DNA of 64,000 nucleotides from Thermoanaerobaculia bacterium (GTDB lineage: Bacteria; Acidobacteriota; Thermoanaerobaculia; UBA5066; Gp7-AA6): contig JBBDKM010000096.1 in NCBI GenBank assembly GCA_040879385.1, forward strand, positions 62,751 through 126,750, written 5' to 3'. The notes below the pieces were generated by a model. The model was given only the letters and a program-made list of their open reading frames with translations, made no database searches and was not told the DNA's origin. The position numbers and the translations under genes are program-made. Positions 30,161-38,514 of this stretch are shown here, in pieces (positions within the stretch are counted from its first letter, which is position 1; each line of letters begins with the position of its first letter).

Positions 30161-30796
30161 TCAGGACTCCCGGCGCGCGATCGCGACGCCGTCGCGGAGC
30201 GGGACGACGACCGTCTTGAACTCCTGGAGCGCGAAGAGCCGGGCGTTGAACTGGCGGATCCCCTCGGTCGCGGCGTCGCGGACCTTCGGGTCGACGACCT
30301 TGCCGGACCAGAGCACGTTGTCGGCCAGCAGGTAGCCCCCGCGGCGCACGCGCGGGGCGGCGGCCTGCAGCGCCTGCGGATAACCTTCCTTGTCCACGTC
30401 GATGAAGATCACGTCGAAGTACCCGGTCGTCGCGGCGAGCGCGGCGACGGCGTCGCCGACGCGGATCGTGACGCTCTCGAGAAGTCCCATCCGTTCCAGG
30501 TAGCCGCGCGCCTGCTCGGCCTTCTCCGGGCTCCCGTCCGTGTAGATGACCTGTCCGCCGCGGCCCACCGCGCGCGCGAAGAAAGCGGTCGAGTAGCCGA
30601 TGGCGCTGCCCATCTCGAACACGCGGTCCGCGCCGATCGAGCGCGTCAGGATCTCCAGCAGCGTACCCACGGCCGGCCCGACGATCGGCACGTCCTTCTC
30701 GGCCGCCAGCGCCTCCATCTCCGCCAGCACCGGGTCCCGCGGGGGGAGCAGGTCCAGGACGTATCGGTCGAGGTCGGGGGAAAGGAGCGGAGTCAC
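30161..30796 (-). CDS. class I SAM-dependent O-methyltransferase (caffeoyl-CoA OMT-like family)
   Basis: 211 aa with VFEMGSAIGYST (motif I) and FIDVDKEGY, in a typical family-3 OMT layout. Confidence 0.85.
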   Translation of the reverse strand: MTPLLSPDLDRYVLDLLPPRDPVLAEMEALAAEKDVPIVGPAVGTLLEILTRSIGADRVFEMGSAIGYSTAFFARAVGRGGQVIYTDGSPEKAEQARGYLERMGLLESVTIRVGDAVAALAATTGYFDVIFIDVDKEGYPQALQAAAPRVRRGGYLLADNVLWSGKVVDPKVRDAATEGIRQFNARLFALQEFKTVVVPLRDGVAIARRES

Positions 30797-30802
30797 GGGC
30801 GG

Positions 30803-30808
30803 ATTCTA
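30803..30808 (-). promoter_or_regulatory. -10 box TAGAAT, 6 nt before the O-methyltransferase GTG (leaderless)
   Basis: Minus strand reads TAGAAT-ccgccc-GTG(30796). It is part of a 19-nt block identical to 42355-42373. Confidence 0.5.
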
Positions 30809-30860
30809 CAGCCACTGATGTGAGTTCTGAGTCATCTCACGACTCGAGACTCATGCCTCC

Positions 30861-30866
30861 TATAAT
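30861..30866 (+). promoter_or_regulatory. -10 box TATAAT, 6 nt before the amidohydrolase GTG (leaderless)
   Basis: TATAAT-ccagcc-GTG(30873). Confidence 0.5.
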
Positions 30867-30872
30867 CCAGCC

Positions 30873-32039
30873 GTGCCGCACCTGGAACAGCTCCTCTCTG
30901 CGTTCCCTTCTTCCGAATACGAGCGTCTCGTTTCCACGCGGCGGGATCTGCACCGGCACCCGGAGCTCGCATTCGAGGAGCGGCGCACCGCCGCGCTCGT
31001 CGCCGAGCGGCTCGCCTCGCTCGGTCTGACGCCCCGGACGGGCGTCGCGGAGACGGGCGTGCTCGCGGACGCGGGCGCGGGCGGCGCGCGCCTGATGCTC
31101 CGCGCCGACATGGACGCGCTGCCCCTCGAGGAATCGAGCGGCGCGACGTACGCGTCGCAGGTGCGCGGCCGCATGCACGCCTGTGGACACGACGGCCACA
31201 TTGCGATCGCGCTGGCCGTCGCCGAGCGCCTCGTCCGAGAGAAGCCGGAACCCCCCGTGCGCTTCCTCTTTCAGCCGGCCGAGGAGGGCCGCGGAGGCGC
31301 CCAGGCCTGCGCGGATGCCGGTGTGCTCGAGGGCGTTCACGCGGCTCTCGGCCTCCACCTGTGGACTCCTTTGCCCGTCGGCACAGTCGGCGTCAACCGG
31401 GGAGCTCTCATGGCGGCCGTCGACGAGTTCACGATCGACATCGAGGGACGCGGCGGCCACGGCGCCTCTCCCCACGAGGCGGCCGACCCCGTCCTCGCCG
31501 CCGCGCGCGTGGTCGATGCCCTCCAGTCCGTCGTGTCGCGCGAGATCTCCCCGCTCGACTCCGCCGTCGTCACCGTCGCCTCCATCCACGGCGGCACGGC
31601 GTTCAATATCATTCCGAGCACCGTGCGGCTGACGGGCACGGCCCGCTCCTTCACGCAAGCAACGGGCCGCGCCCTGCCGCAAAAGATCGAGCGGATCGTC
31701 ATGGGCACGGCCGCGGCCTGCGGCGTGACCGCGCGCCTCCGGTACGAACGGATCAACGACGCGACCGTCAACAACGCGAAGATGGCCGACCTCGTCATCG
31801 ACGTGGCGAGCCGGCTGCTCGGGGACGAAAACGTCGAGACGGACACGCGGACGCTCGGGGGCGAGGACATGTCCGTCTACCTCGCCCGCGTGCCGGGGTG
31901 CTTCTTCTTCGTGGGCTGCGCGAAGGAGGGGCCGCTGCGCCCGCACCACTCGCCGGTCTTCGACCTCGACGAGCGGGCGCTGGCGGTCGGAACCGCCGTC
32001 CTGGAAGCGGCCGCGCGCGAGGCCGCGCGCCGCCTTTAG
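30873..32039 (+). CDS. M20D family amidohydrolase (N-acyl-amino-acid/hippurate hydrolase-like)
   Basis: 388 aa with RRDLHRHPELAFEE, MHACGHDGH and HGASPH motifs. Confidence 0.88.
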   Translation: MPHLEQLLSAFPSSEYERLVSTRRDLHRHPELAFEERRTAALVAERLASLGLTPRTGVAETGVLADAGAGGARLMLRADMDALPLEESSGATYASQVRGRMHACGHDGHIAIALAVAERLVREKPEPPVRFLFQPAEEGRGGAQACADAGVLEGVHAALGLHLWTPLPVGTVGVNRGALMAAVDEFTIDIEGRGGHGASPHEAADPVLAAARVVDALQSVVSREISPLDSAVVTVASIHGGTAFNIIPSTVRLTGTARSFTQATGRALPQKIERIVMGTAAACGVTARLRYERINDATVNNAKMADLVIDVASRLLGDENVETDTRTLGGEDMSVYLARVPGCFFFVGCAKEGPLRPHHSPVFDLDERALAVGTAVLEAAAREAARRL

Positions 32040-32112
32040 GGGGTCAGGTCTGGCATTTCGCATTTGCCGCGGGTTAACCCAACCCGAAAGGCGAAATGCC
32101 AGACCTGACCCC
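32040..32112. repeat. REP-like palindromic element (perfect 22-bp arms, 29-nt loop)
   Basis: GGGGTCAGGTCTGGCATTTCGC (32040-32061) pairs with GCGAAATGCCAGACCTGACCCC (32091-32112). It fills a convergent gene junction. Confidence 0.9.
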
Positions 32113-32121
32113 TATGGGCCG

Positions 32122-33231
32122 CTACTGGGCAAAGACCTGGCCGTTGTTGGGTCCGCTCCAGCGTTTGTGGTTCAGATCGTAGTAGAACCCGGCCGACGTG
32201 AAGGGGATGCGGAAAAAGTTGGCGACGATGAAGAGTCCCCGACCCCACCAGGTCGTGTCCCGCACGCCGATTTCGGTCAGGATCTGCGCGACGTTCAGGC
32301 CGAGCTCGATGCCGATGTTGCGCTGGCGCACGTCCTCGAAGGAGTAACGGTATCCCTTGCTCCCGTATGTCATCGAGAAGAGCAGGAAGCGCGCCAGACC
32401 CGGATGGAGCCGGAGGCGGCGCGCCGCGCCTTCGAGCTTCAGGTCCGCTGTGTAGATCTCGGTCGAGTAGTCCTTGCCCACGCCTTCGAACTGGCAGCAG
32501 GCGTCGGGGATCTCGGCGGAGACCTTGCCGAAGCGGAAGCCGATCAGGTCGTCCAGCCCGTAGCGCGTGATCACCACGGCCGTGCCGGCTCCGAGCGCGT
32601 CCAACAGGAGGTCTTCCCACGCGAACCCGAACACCGTCAGCCCGTCGCCCGCTTCGACGAGCGTGCCCGCCAGCACGGCGACTCCCGCGCCCATCCAAAG
32701 CGCCCGATCCCGCGAGTACCCCATCCGTCCGAACGTGACGCCGAGCTCGCGGGCGAGGCCGTTGTAGAAAACGAAGTGGGAGGCCTTGTCGGCGCCTCCG
32801 GAGTACTCGTCGCGCTCGAAGAACCCTTCGTCGGCCAGATGGAAGGACTCCGGCTCGTGATCGACTCCCAGCGCCGAGAAGGCGGACCCGCCGAGGACGC
32901 CCAGTGTGACCAGGAGCATTCCGAGCCGGTTCGGGTCTCGGACCGACGCGGAGTCCGGGGGAAACGGCAGCTCCGCTTCGCGAAAGCCCCCGGCGGGAAA
33001 GCACTCGAGGGCAGCCGGGAAGAGGAAGCCGGCCAGGCCCTCGGATCCCGCGCGATCCGTGAGACTCAGCCGGAACGACGGCGGATCGGTTTCCAAGAGC
33101 GGCGAGATCTCGGAGGGAGGAAAGAGGCGGAACGTGTCGGCGGCGAGAGCGCGCTGGCAGAGCCAGAGCCCGACGATCGCAAGCGCGATGCGTCGACCCC
33201 GGCGTCGATGGAGCGCTTTGCGTCCGGGCAC
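32122..33231 (-). CDS. YfiM/DUF2279-domain protein with C-terminal beta-barrel-like extension (paralog 1)
   Basis: The central block GGADKASHFVFYNGLARELGVTFGRMGYSRDRA...WEDLLLDALGAG matches the E. coli YfiM pattern (DKAQHF...GYSRDRS...WKDLAWDVAG). A signal peptide is present. Confidence 0.75.
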   Translation of the reverse strand: MPGRKALHRRRGRRIALAIVGLWLCQRALAADTFRLFPPSEISPLLETDPPSFRLSLTDRAGSEGLAGFLFPAALECFPAGGFREAELPFPPDSASVRDPNRLGMLLVTLGVLGGSAFSALGVDHEPESFHLADEGFFERDEYSGGADKASHFVFYNGLARELGVTFGRMGYSRDRALWMGAGVAVLAGTLVEAGDGLTVFGFAWEDLLLDALGAGTAVVITRYGLDDLIGFRFGKVSAEIPDACCQFEGVGKDYSTEIYTADLKLEGAARRLRLHPGLARFLLFSMTYGSKGYRYSFEDVRQRNIGIELGLNVAQILTEIGVRDTTWWGRGLFIVANFFRIPFTSAGFYYDLNHKRWSGPNNGQVFAQ

Positions 33232-33314
33232 CTCCTTCCATCATATGCATATGGAAGTCGGGAGAGAGCGGGGAGCTCTCAAGACGGTTCTCACGAAGCG
33301 GCGCGAATCCGGGC

Positions 33315-34430
33315 TCAGTAGAACTTGTTCCCCGTGTCCGGGCCATGCCACGTCCCGCTGTTCAGGTCGTACCGAAATCCGAATGAGGTGAACGGAATTC
33401 GGAAGAAGTTCAGCGCTTTGTACAGAAAGATCCCCCACCACGTCGTCTCCGGAACGCCGACCGCGGAGAGGATCTCCGGCAGGTTCAGCCCGAGCTCGAA
33501 TCCTACGAGGCGCTGACGATCCGGGATCGGCGGCACGTAACCGTAGCCCTTCGTGCTGTAAGTCAACGAGGTCAGAAGAAACCGCGCGGGTCCCGGGCGA
33601 AACCGGAGGCGCCGCGCCACGCCCGCGATCTTCAGGTCCGCGCTGTAGACCTCCGTCGAGTACGCGGTGCCGAGGAACGGCTCACTCTCGTCGGTCTCGG
33701 ACTCGGGAATCCCCGTCCCCACCTTGCCGATGCGCAGCCCGATCAGGTCGTTGAGGCCCCCGCGCGTCAGGATGAGCCCCGTCGCCGTGCCGAGCACGTC
33801 CGCGGTCAGGTCCTGCCAGGAGAACCCGTACGGCGTGAATCCGTCCCACACCTCGACGATCAGACCCGACAGCACCGTGACACCCAACGCCAGCGCCGTC
33901 GACTCGGTCCGGGTGTGGCCCTGGTGGTCGTAGACCCAGGCGAGCTCGCGCGCGAGCGAGGCGCAGACGATGAAGTGGGAGGACTTGTCGGAGCCGCCGC
34001 CGTAGGTGTCGCGGCCGAACCACTGCTCGTCTCCCGAGCGAAAGGCGTTGAAGCCGTGTGCCCAGCCGGCCGACGCGCCATAGATCGACGCCCCCACGAG
34101 GACGACGCCGGTCGTGAGCGCGGTCGACCTCGCGAGGACCGACGGCACCGAGGCGCCGGCCGGCGCCGCAAGGACCTCCCGCGGGGTTTCCTCCGGCGCC
34201 GCATGGTCGACCCCGATGCGAAAGCGCTCCGAATCCCCCGTGCCCGCCGGAGGCCACGCCAACCGGACGGCGAGCCGGAAACGGGACGGCGCGGCCCCCT
34301 CGGGGGGAGCGAAGACTCCGGAGGCGGGAACCGTCGCGGGAAAGAGCCGAAGCTCCTCCCCGCCGGCGAGCGGAGCCAGCAGAGCGACCGAGAGTGCGGC
34401 GAGAGGGATCCGCCGCAGGCTCGTCCTCAT
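33315..34430 (-). CDS. YfiM/DUF2279-domain protein with C-terminal beta-barrel-like extension (paralog 2)
   Basis: The start was chosen at MRTSLRRIPLAALSVALLAPLAG (ATG 34430). GGSDKSSHFIVCASLAREL...WQDLTADVLGTA is present. The C-terminus ends in an aromatic residue (NKFY). Confidence 0.75.
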   Translation of the reverse strand: MRTSLRRIPLAALSVALLAPLAGGEELRLFPATVPASGVFAPPEGAAPSRFRLAVRLAWPPAGTGDSERFRIGVDHAAPEETPREVLAAPAGASVPSVLARSTALTTGVVLVGASIYGASAGWAHGFNAFRSGDEQWFGRDTYGGGSDKSSHFIVCASLARELAWVYDHQGHTRTESTALALGVTVLSGLIVEVWDGFTPYGFSWQDLTADVLGTATGLILTRGGLNDLIGLRIGKVGTGIPESETDESEPFLGTAYSTEVYSADLKIAGVARRLRFRPGPARFLLTSLTYSTKGYGYVPPIPDRQRLVGFELGLNLPEILSAVGVPETTWWGIFLYKALNFFRIPFTSFGFRYDLNSGTWHGPDTGNKFY

Positions 34431-34437
34431 GTCCGAG

Positions 34438-34443
34438 AGTATC
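34438..34443 (-). promoter_or_regulatory. -10-like GATACT, 7 nt before ATG 34430 (leaderless)
   Basis: Minus strand reads GATACT-ctcggac-ATG. Confidence 0.4.
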
Positions 34444-34544
34444 GCTCGGTTCGCCGATTTTTTCTTTGTCAGGAAAAAGAAGCCGGCGATTACCCCCGAA
34501 GCGCCATTCCCCCGGGGAAATCGGGCCGGCGCGGCTCTGCGCGC

Positions 34545-34550
34545 CATAAT
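34545..34550 (+). promoter_or_regulatory. -10-like CATAAT, 7 nt before the symporter GTG (leaderless)
   Basis: CATAAT-ccgcccc-GTG(34558). Confidence 0.4.
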
Positions 34551-34557
34551 CCGCCCC

Positions 34558-35973
34558 GTGCCGACGCTGCCCCTGCTGGTCCTGGCCGCGTATCTGGCCG
34601 CCGTCCTCGCGATCGGACTCGTCTGGCGGCGGCGCGCCGGCCGCGACGAGGCGTCCTACTTCGTCGCCGACCGCTCGCTCGGTACCTTCTGGGGCTTCAC
34701 GGGGCTCGCCTCTCTGACGACGGGAGGCTCGACCACCATCGCGCTCGCCGCCCTCGTCTACACCCACGGCGCCGCCGGTCTGTGGCTCGACCTGTCGGGC
34801 GCCCTGGGCCTGCTGCTGCTCGGCCTCTTTCTGGCGCGCCGCGTGCGCCGCGAAGGGGCCGTCACTCTGCCCGAGATCATCGGCCGTTTCTATGGGCTCG
34901 CGGCCCGCCGGGTGGCGGCCGCGCTCGTGATCGTCTCGGAGATCGTCTGGTTCGCGCTGTTGACCGAAGCCACCCAGATCGTCCTGACGGCAGCCCTGGG
35001 TCTCGAGCCGACGCTCGCGCTCGTGCTCTCGACCGCCGTGTTCGTCGCCTACACCTCGCTCGGCGGACAGTTCGCCGTGGTCCGCACGGACCTGCTGCAG
35101 TACGGGCTGATGCTCGCCGGGATCCCCGGCATCGCGCTCTGGGCAGCGCTCTCGGGCGCCGGCGGCCTGTCCGGCCTGCCGCCGGAGGCCTGGAGCTTCC
35201 CGACCTCGCCGACGTTCTCCGCCGGCGACGTCGTGGCGATGCTGGTCCTCGTCGGGTTGCCGCACTTGGTCGGCAGCGACATCTTTCTCAAGCTCAACTC
35301 CTGCCGGGACGAGGACACGGCCCGGCGCGCCCCCCCCCCCCCCCCCCGCGCCGCGCTTCTCGCGGCGGGATCCAAGGTGCTGTTCGGCCTCTCGGTGGCG
35401 GCAATCGCGCTGGCCGCGCGCAAGGCGCTGCCCCCCATGCCCCCCGTCGAGGTGCTGCCGGCGGCCGTTCTGGCTTTTGCGCCGCCGGCGCTGTCCGCGC
35501 TCGTCATCGTCGCCCTCGTGGCGACTATGCAGACTTCCGCCGACGTCGTCCTCCTGTCGGCGGCCGCCGCGACCGCACGCGACCTGGCGCCGGCTCTCCT
35601 CCACCGCCCCTTGAAGCTTTCGGCCTCGCGCGTGCTCGTGCCCGTATACGGGGCTCTCGGCCTTCTGACCGCGCTCGGGCTCCGGCGCGACGTGCTCGAA
35701 ACCCTGAAGCTCGGGTACTCGATCTTCGCGGCCGGCCTCATCGTCCCGGTGCTCGCCGCGTTTCTTCCCGGCAGGCTCGGGATCCCGAGAGCCGCCGCGA
35801 TCGCGGCCATGGTCGCCGGCGGAGCGATCGCCGCGGCGGGGCGCTTCGCGCCGGGCCTGTGCGGCGGCCACGACCCGGTGCTCGTCGGCACGGCGGCCAA
35901 CACCGCGATTCTCGTCCTCTCCGCCGCCGCGGCGCGGCTGCGCCCGTCCGGCGGCCGAGGGACGGCCGCGTGA
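34558..35973 (+). CDS. sodium:solute symporter (SSF) family transporter
   Basis: The GTG start is in frame with track ORF 34114..35973. It has about 12-13 TM helices and the typical N-terminus (YFVADRSLG, GGSTT). It contains the poly-C tract. Confidence 0.8.
   Translation: MPTLPLLVLAAYLAAVLAIGLVWRRRAGRDEASYFVADRSLGTFWGFTGLASLTTGGSTTIALAALVYTHGAAGLWLDLSGALGLLLLGLFLARRVRREGAVTLPEIIGRFYGLAARRVAAALVIVSEIVWFALLTEATQIVLTAALGLEPTLALVLSTAVFVAYTSLGGQFAVVRTDLLQYGLMLAGIPGIALWAALSGAGGLSGLPPEAWSFPTSPTFSAGDVVAMLVLVGLPHLVGSDIFLKLNSCRDEDTARRAPPPPPRAALLAAGSKVLFGLSVAAIALAARKALPPMPPVEVLPAAVLAFAPPALSALVIVALVATMQTSADVVLLSAAAATARDLAPALLHRPLKLSASRVLVPVYGALGLLTALGLRRDVLETLKLGYSIFAAGLIVPVLAAFLPGRLGIPRAAAIAAMVAGGAIAAAGRFAPGLCGGHDPVLVGTAANTAILVLSAAAARLRPSGGRGTAA
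35330..35347 (+). repeat. 18-nt homopolymeric C tract inside the symporter CDS
   Basis: C x18, read as A-P-P-P-P-P-R. It is the longest homopolymer in the window. Confidence 0.95.
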
Positions 35974-36077
35974 GCCCCGGCGCGCCGCCGACCGACACGC
36001 ACCCGGACTTCCTCAAGCCCGCCGGTCCCAGTCTCGGTATGGCGCCGCCGCGGGGGTCCGAGGCGCCGCGCCGCGGT

Positions 36078-37274
36078 ATGTTCGCCTCGCTCGCCCACCG
36101 GCAATACCGGCGGTACTGGACCGGGCTCTTCCTCTCCAACATCGGCACCTGGATGCAGTCGGTGGCGCAGGGCTGGCTGGTGCTGCGTCTGTCCGACTCC
36201 GCCCTGCTCCTCGGCCTGGTCGGCTTCGCCGGGTCGATCCCGACCCTCGTCCTCGCGCCGCTGGCCGGTGTGGCCGCGGACCGGCTCGACCGGCGCCAGC
36301 TCCTCCTCGCCACGCAGTCGACACAGATGGCCTGCGCCTTCGCGCTCGCCGCCGCGACCTTCGGCGGGTTCGTCTCGGTGCCGCTGGTGGCGGCCGTCGC
36401 CGTCGTCAACGGCGTGGCCAACGCGCTGACGGTCCCGTCGCACCAGTCGCTGTTCCTGGACCTCGTCGGCCGGGAGGACCTCACCAACGCCATCGCGCTG
36501 AACTCGATGCAGTTCAACCTGTCGCGCATCGTCGGACCGGCGCTCGCGGGCCTCACGATCGCCGTTCTCGGCGAGGCCGCTTGCTTCGCGTTGAACGGGA
36601 TCTCCTTCGTCGCGATCCTGTTTCCGCTGGCGACGCTCCCCCCGCTCCCGGCGGCGCGCCGGCGGGCCCGCAGCGCCTGGATCGATCTGCGCAGCGGCCT
36701 GAGGTTCGCGCGCCGCCACCCGATGATCCCGCAGCTTCTCGCGCTGACCGCGGCCGTCGCCGTCTTCGGAACTCCGGCCGTCACGATGGCGCCGCTCTTC
36801 GCGCGCCGGATCCTCGGCGTCGGGCCGGAGGGCCTCGGGGGCATGCTCTCCGCGGTCGGGATCGGCGCGGTGGCGACGGCCCTGTGGATGGCCTTCGCGG
36901 GCGACTTCCGCCGCAAGGGCGCGTCCGTCCTGATCGCGTGCTCGGGTTTCGCGCTCTCGCTCTTCGGCTTCGGGTTGTCGCGCAGCTACGGCCTGTCGCT
37001 CGCGTGCCTCGCCCTGCTCGGAGGCTCGATGACCTCGATGGCCTCGCTCGTCAACACCCTGCTCCAGAAGAGCGCGCCCCACCGCATGCGCGGCCGCGTC
37101 ATCTCGCTCTACGCGCTGGCATGGCTGGGGCTCGTGCCCCTGGGCAACCTGCAGGCGGGAATCGTGGCGGAGCGCTTCGGGGCGCCGGCGGCGCTCCTCG
37201 TCGGCGCCGCGTGCATCACGATGACGCTGCTCGTCCTGCGGATCCTGCGGCCCATCCCGGCCGACGCGGAGTGA
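36078..37274 (+). CDS. MFS transporter (MFS_3/enterobactin-exporter-like)
   Basis: MFASLAHRQYRRYWTGLFLSNIGTWMQ is the typical N-terminus, with about 12 TM helices. An alternative ATG is at 36039. Confidence 0.85.
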   Translation: MFASLAHRQYRRYWTGLFLSNIGTWMQSVAQGWLVLRLSDSALLLGLVGFAGSIPTLVLAPLAGVAADRLDRRQLLLATQSTQMACAFALAAATFGGFVSVPLVAAVAVVNGVANALTVPSHQSLFLDLVGREDLTNAIALNSMQFNLSRIVGPALAGLTIAVLGEAACFALNGISFVAILFPLATLPPLPAARRRARSAWIDLRSGLRFARRHPMIPQLLALTAAVAVFGTPAVTMAPLFARRILGVGPEGLGGMLSAVGIGAVATALWMAFAGDFRRKGASVLIACSGFALSLFGFGLSRSYGLSLACLALLGGSMTSMASLVNTLLQKSAPHRMRGRVISLYALAWLGLVPLGNLQAGIVAERFGAPAALLVGAACITMTLLVLRILRPIPADAE

Positions 37275-37283
37275 GTGGGGCGC

Positions 37284-38438
37284 CTACTGCACCCGGACCG
37301 GCGCCTCGGCCAGGCACTCGTACGCGGGCTCCTCGGGCGAGCGGATGACCGCAAAATCCCAGAGGCTCCTCTCGCCTTCCCACTCGCGCAACGGCTGATA
37401 CAGAACGACGTGCGCCTGGCACCCGATCCGTTCGAAATAGGCGATGGCGAGGCCGGCCTGCTTGAAGCCCACCCGGACGTCGCGCGCGTCGGGAAAACGC
37501 CTCTTGACGAGCTCGGTCGGATCGAGGGTCCACGGCGCTTCGGCGGGCGCTCTCCTCTGCTTTCCCTGCAGCCGGGCGAGGTCGCTTTCGAACGTGGACT
37601 GGTGCACGAGGCCCCAGTAGGAGAGCTCGAGATCGGCCCGGGCGTTCCACTCCGGGTCGACACTCTCGGACAGGATGCGGAACCTGCGCTCGCCGAAGAC
37701 GAAATTCGACGTCAGCGTGAAGCTCCGGTACCGCGGGGGCAGATCCTTGTTGATGAACGTGTCGACCGCGATCGTCCGCGTGACCCCATCCGGCCCGAGG
37801 GTGACCTCCACTCCCAAGCGCGGCACGGCGATCGAGAACGTCGTGTCCAGGCGGCCGCGGTCGAGCCGATAGGTGGAGGTCTCGGACAGGCGTGGCTCGC
37901 CGGCGTGCACGATCTGCAGGGCGACCTGGGGACGGTCGTCGAATCGAAAGCGGACGCTCCGGAACGCCTCCAGCTCGTCGCATCGGGCCGGGTCGTCGCT
38001 CTGCCTGCAGCGCAGCGGCAGGTGCCCCACCAGCAGCAGACTCCACTCGGCTCCCCGTCCGCGCTTGAAGACCGCCACGATCGGGTTCACGAAGGGCAGG
38101 CGCGTCCGGGAAACGAAGCCGACCACCGGGATGTCGGGCGGCAGGCTCCGGACCGTGCCGATCCCCTCGACGAGAGCTTCGAAGACGCCGTCGTTGTCGA
38201 GATCCACCTCCTCGACACGCGTCAGCTTCGAGAAGCTGACGTGGCGGTTCTCGTATCTCCCCACGCGCCGTTCGCGCACGGCCCCCTTGTTCAGGGACGA
38301 CGGGACCCTCTCCGGCGGCACCGGCGTGGGGATCAACGTGGGCGCCCTCGTCGGCTTTCTCGGCGCGGCACCGAGGAGCGCCAGGGCCGCCAGGGCGGCG
38401 GCGCCGAGAAGAGATCGTGCTCGCATGCGCGGGGACAT
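37284..38438 (-). CDS. secreted hypothetical protein
   Basis: 384 aa with a signal peptide (ARSLLGAAALAALALLGAA) and a DLDNDG (FG-GAP-like) motif. No family is assigned. Confidence 0.7.
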   Translation of the reverse strand: MSPRMRARSLLGAAALAALALLGAAPRKPTRAPTLIPTPVPPERVPSSLNKGAVRERRVGRYENRHVSFSKLTRVEEVDLDNDGVFEALVEGIGTVRSLPPDIPVVGFVSRTRLPFVNPIVAVFKRGRGAEWSLLLVGHLPLRCRQSDDPARCDELEAFRSVRFRFDDRPQVALQIVHAGEPRLSETSTYRLDRGRLDTTFSIAVPRLGVEVTLGPDGVTRTIAVDTFINKDLPPRYRSFTLTSNFVFGERRFRILSESVDPEWNARADLELSYWGLVHQSTFESDLARLQGKQRRAPAEAPWTLDPTELVKRRFPDARDVRVGFKQAGLAIAYFERIGCQAHVVLYQPLREWEGERSLWDFAVIRSPEEPAYECLAEAPVRVQ

Positions 38439-38514
38439 CGGACTGTCCGAGGAATCTACCAGACTTTTAGGAGACCCGGCCTCGCGCGCCGTGCTGCATT
38501 AGGCTAACGACGCG

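Noticed and set aside
33682-37082. Long minus-strand ORFs 33682..35871, 35049..37082 and 35738..36916, and the 1119-aa plus-strand ORF 33915..37274.
   Set aside because: They overlap well-supported SSF and MFS transporter genes and the DUF2279 gene. Only the 3' part of 33915..37274 (from 36078) is MFS-like. The rest is low-complexity.
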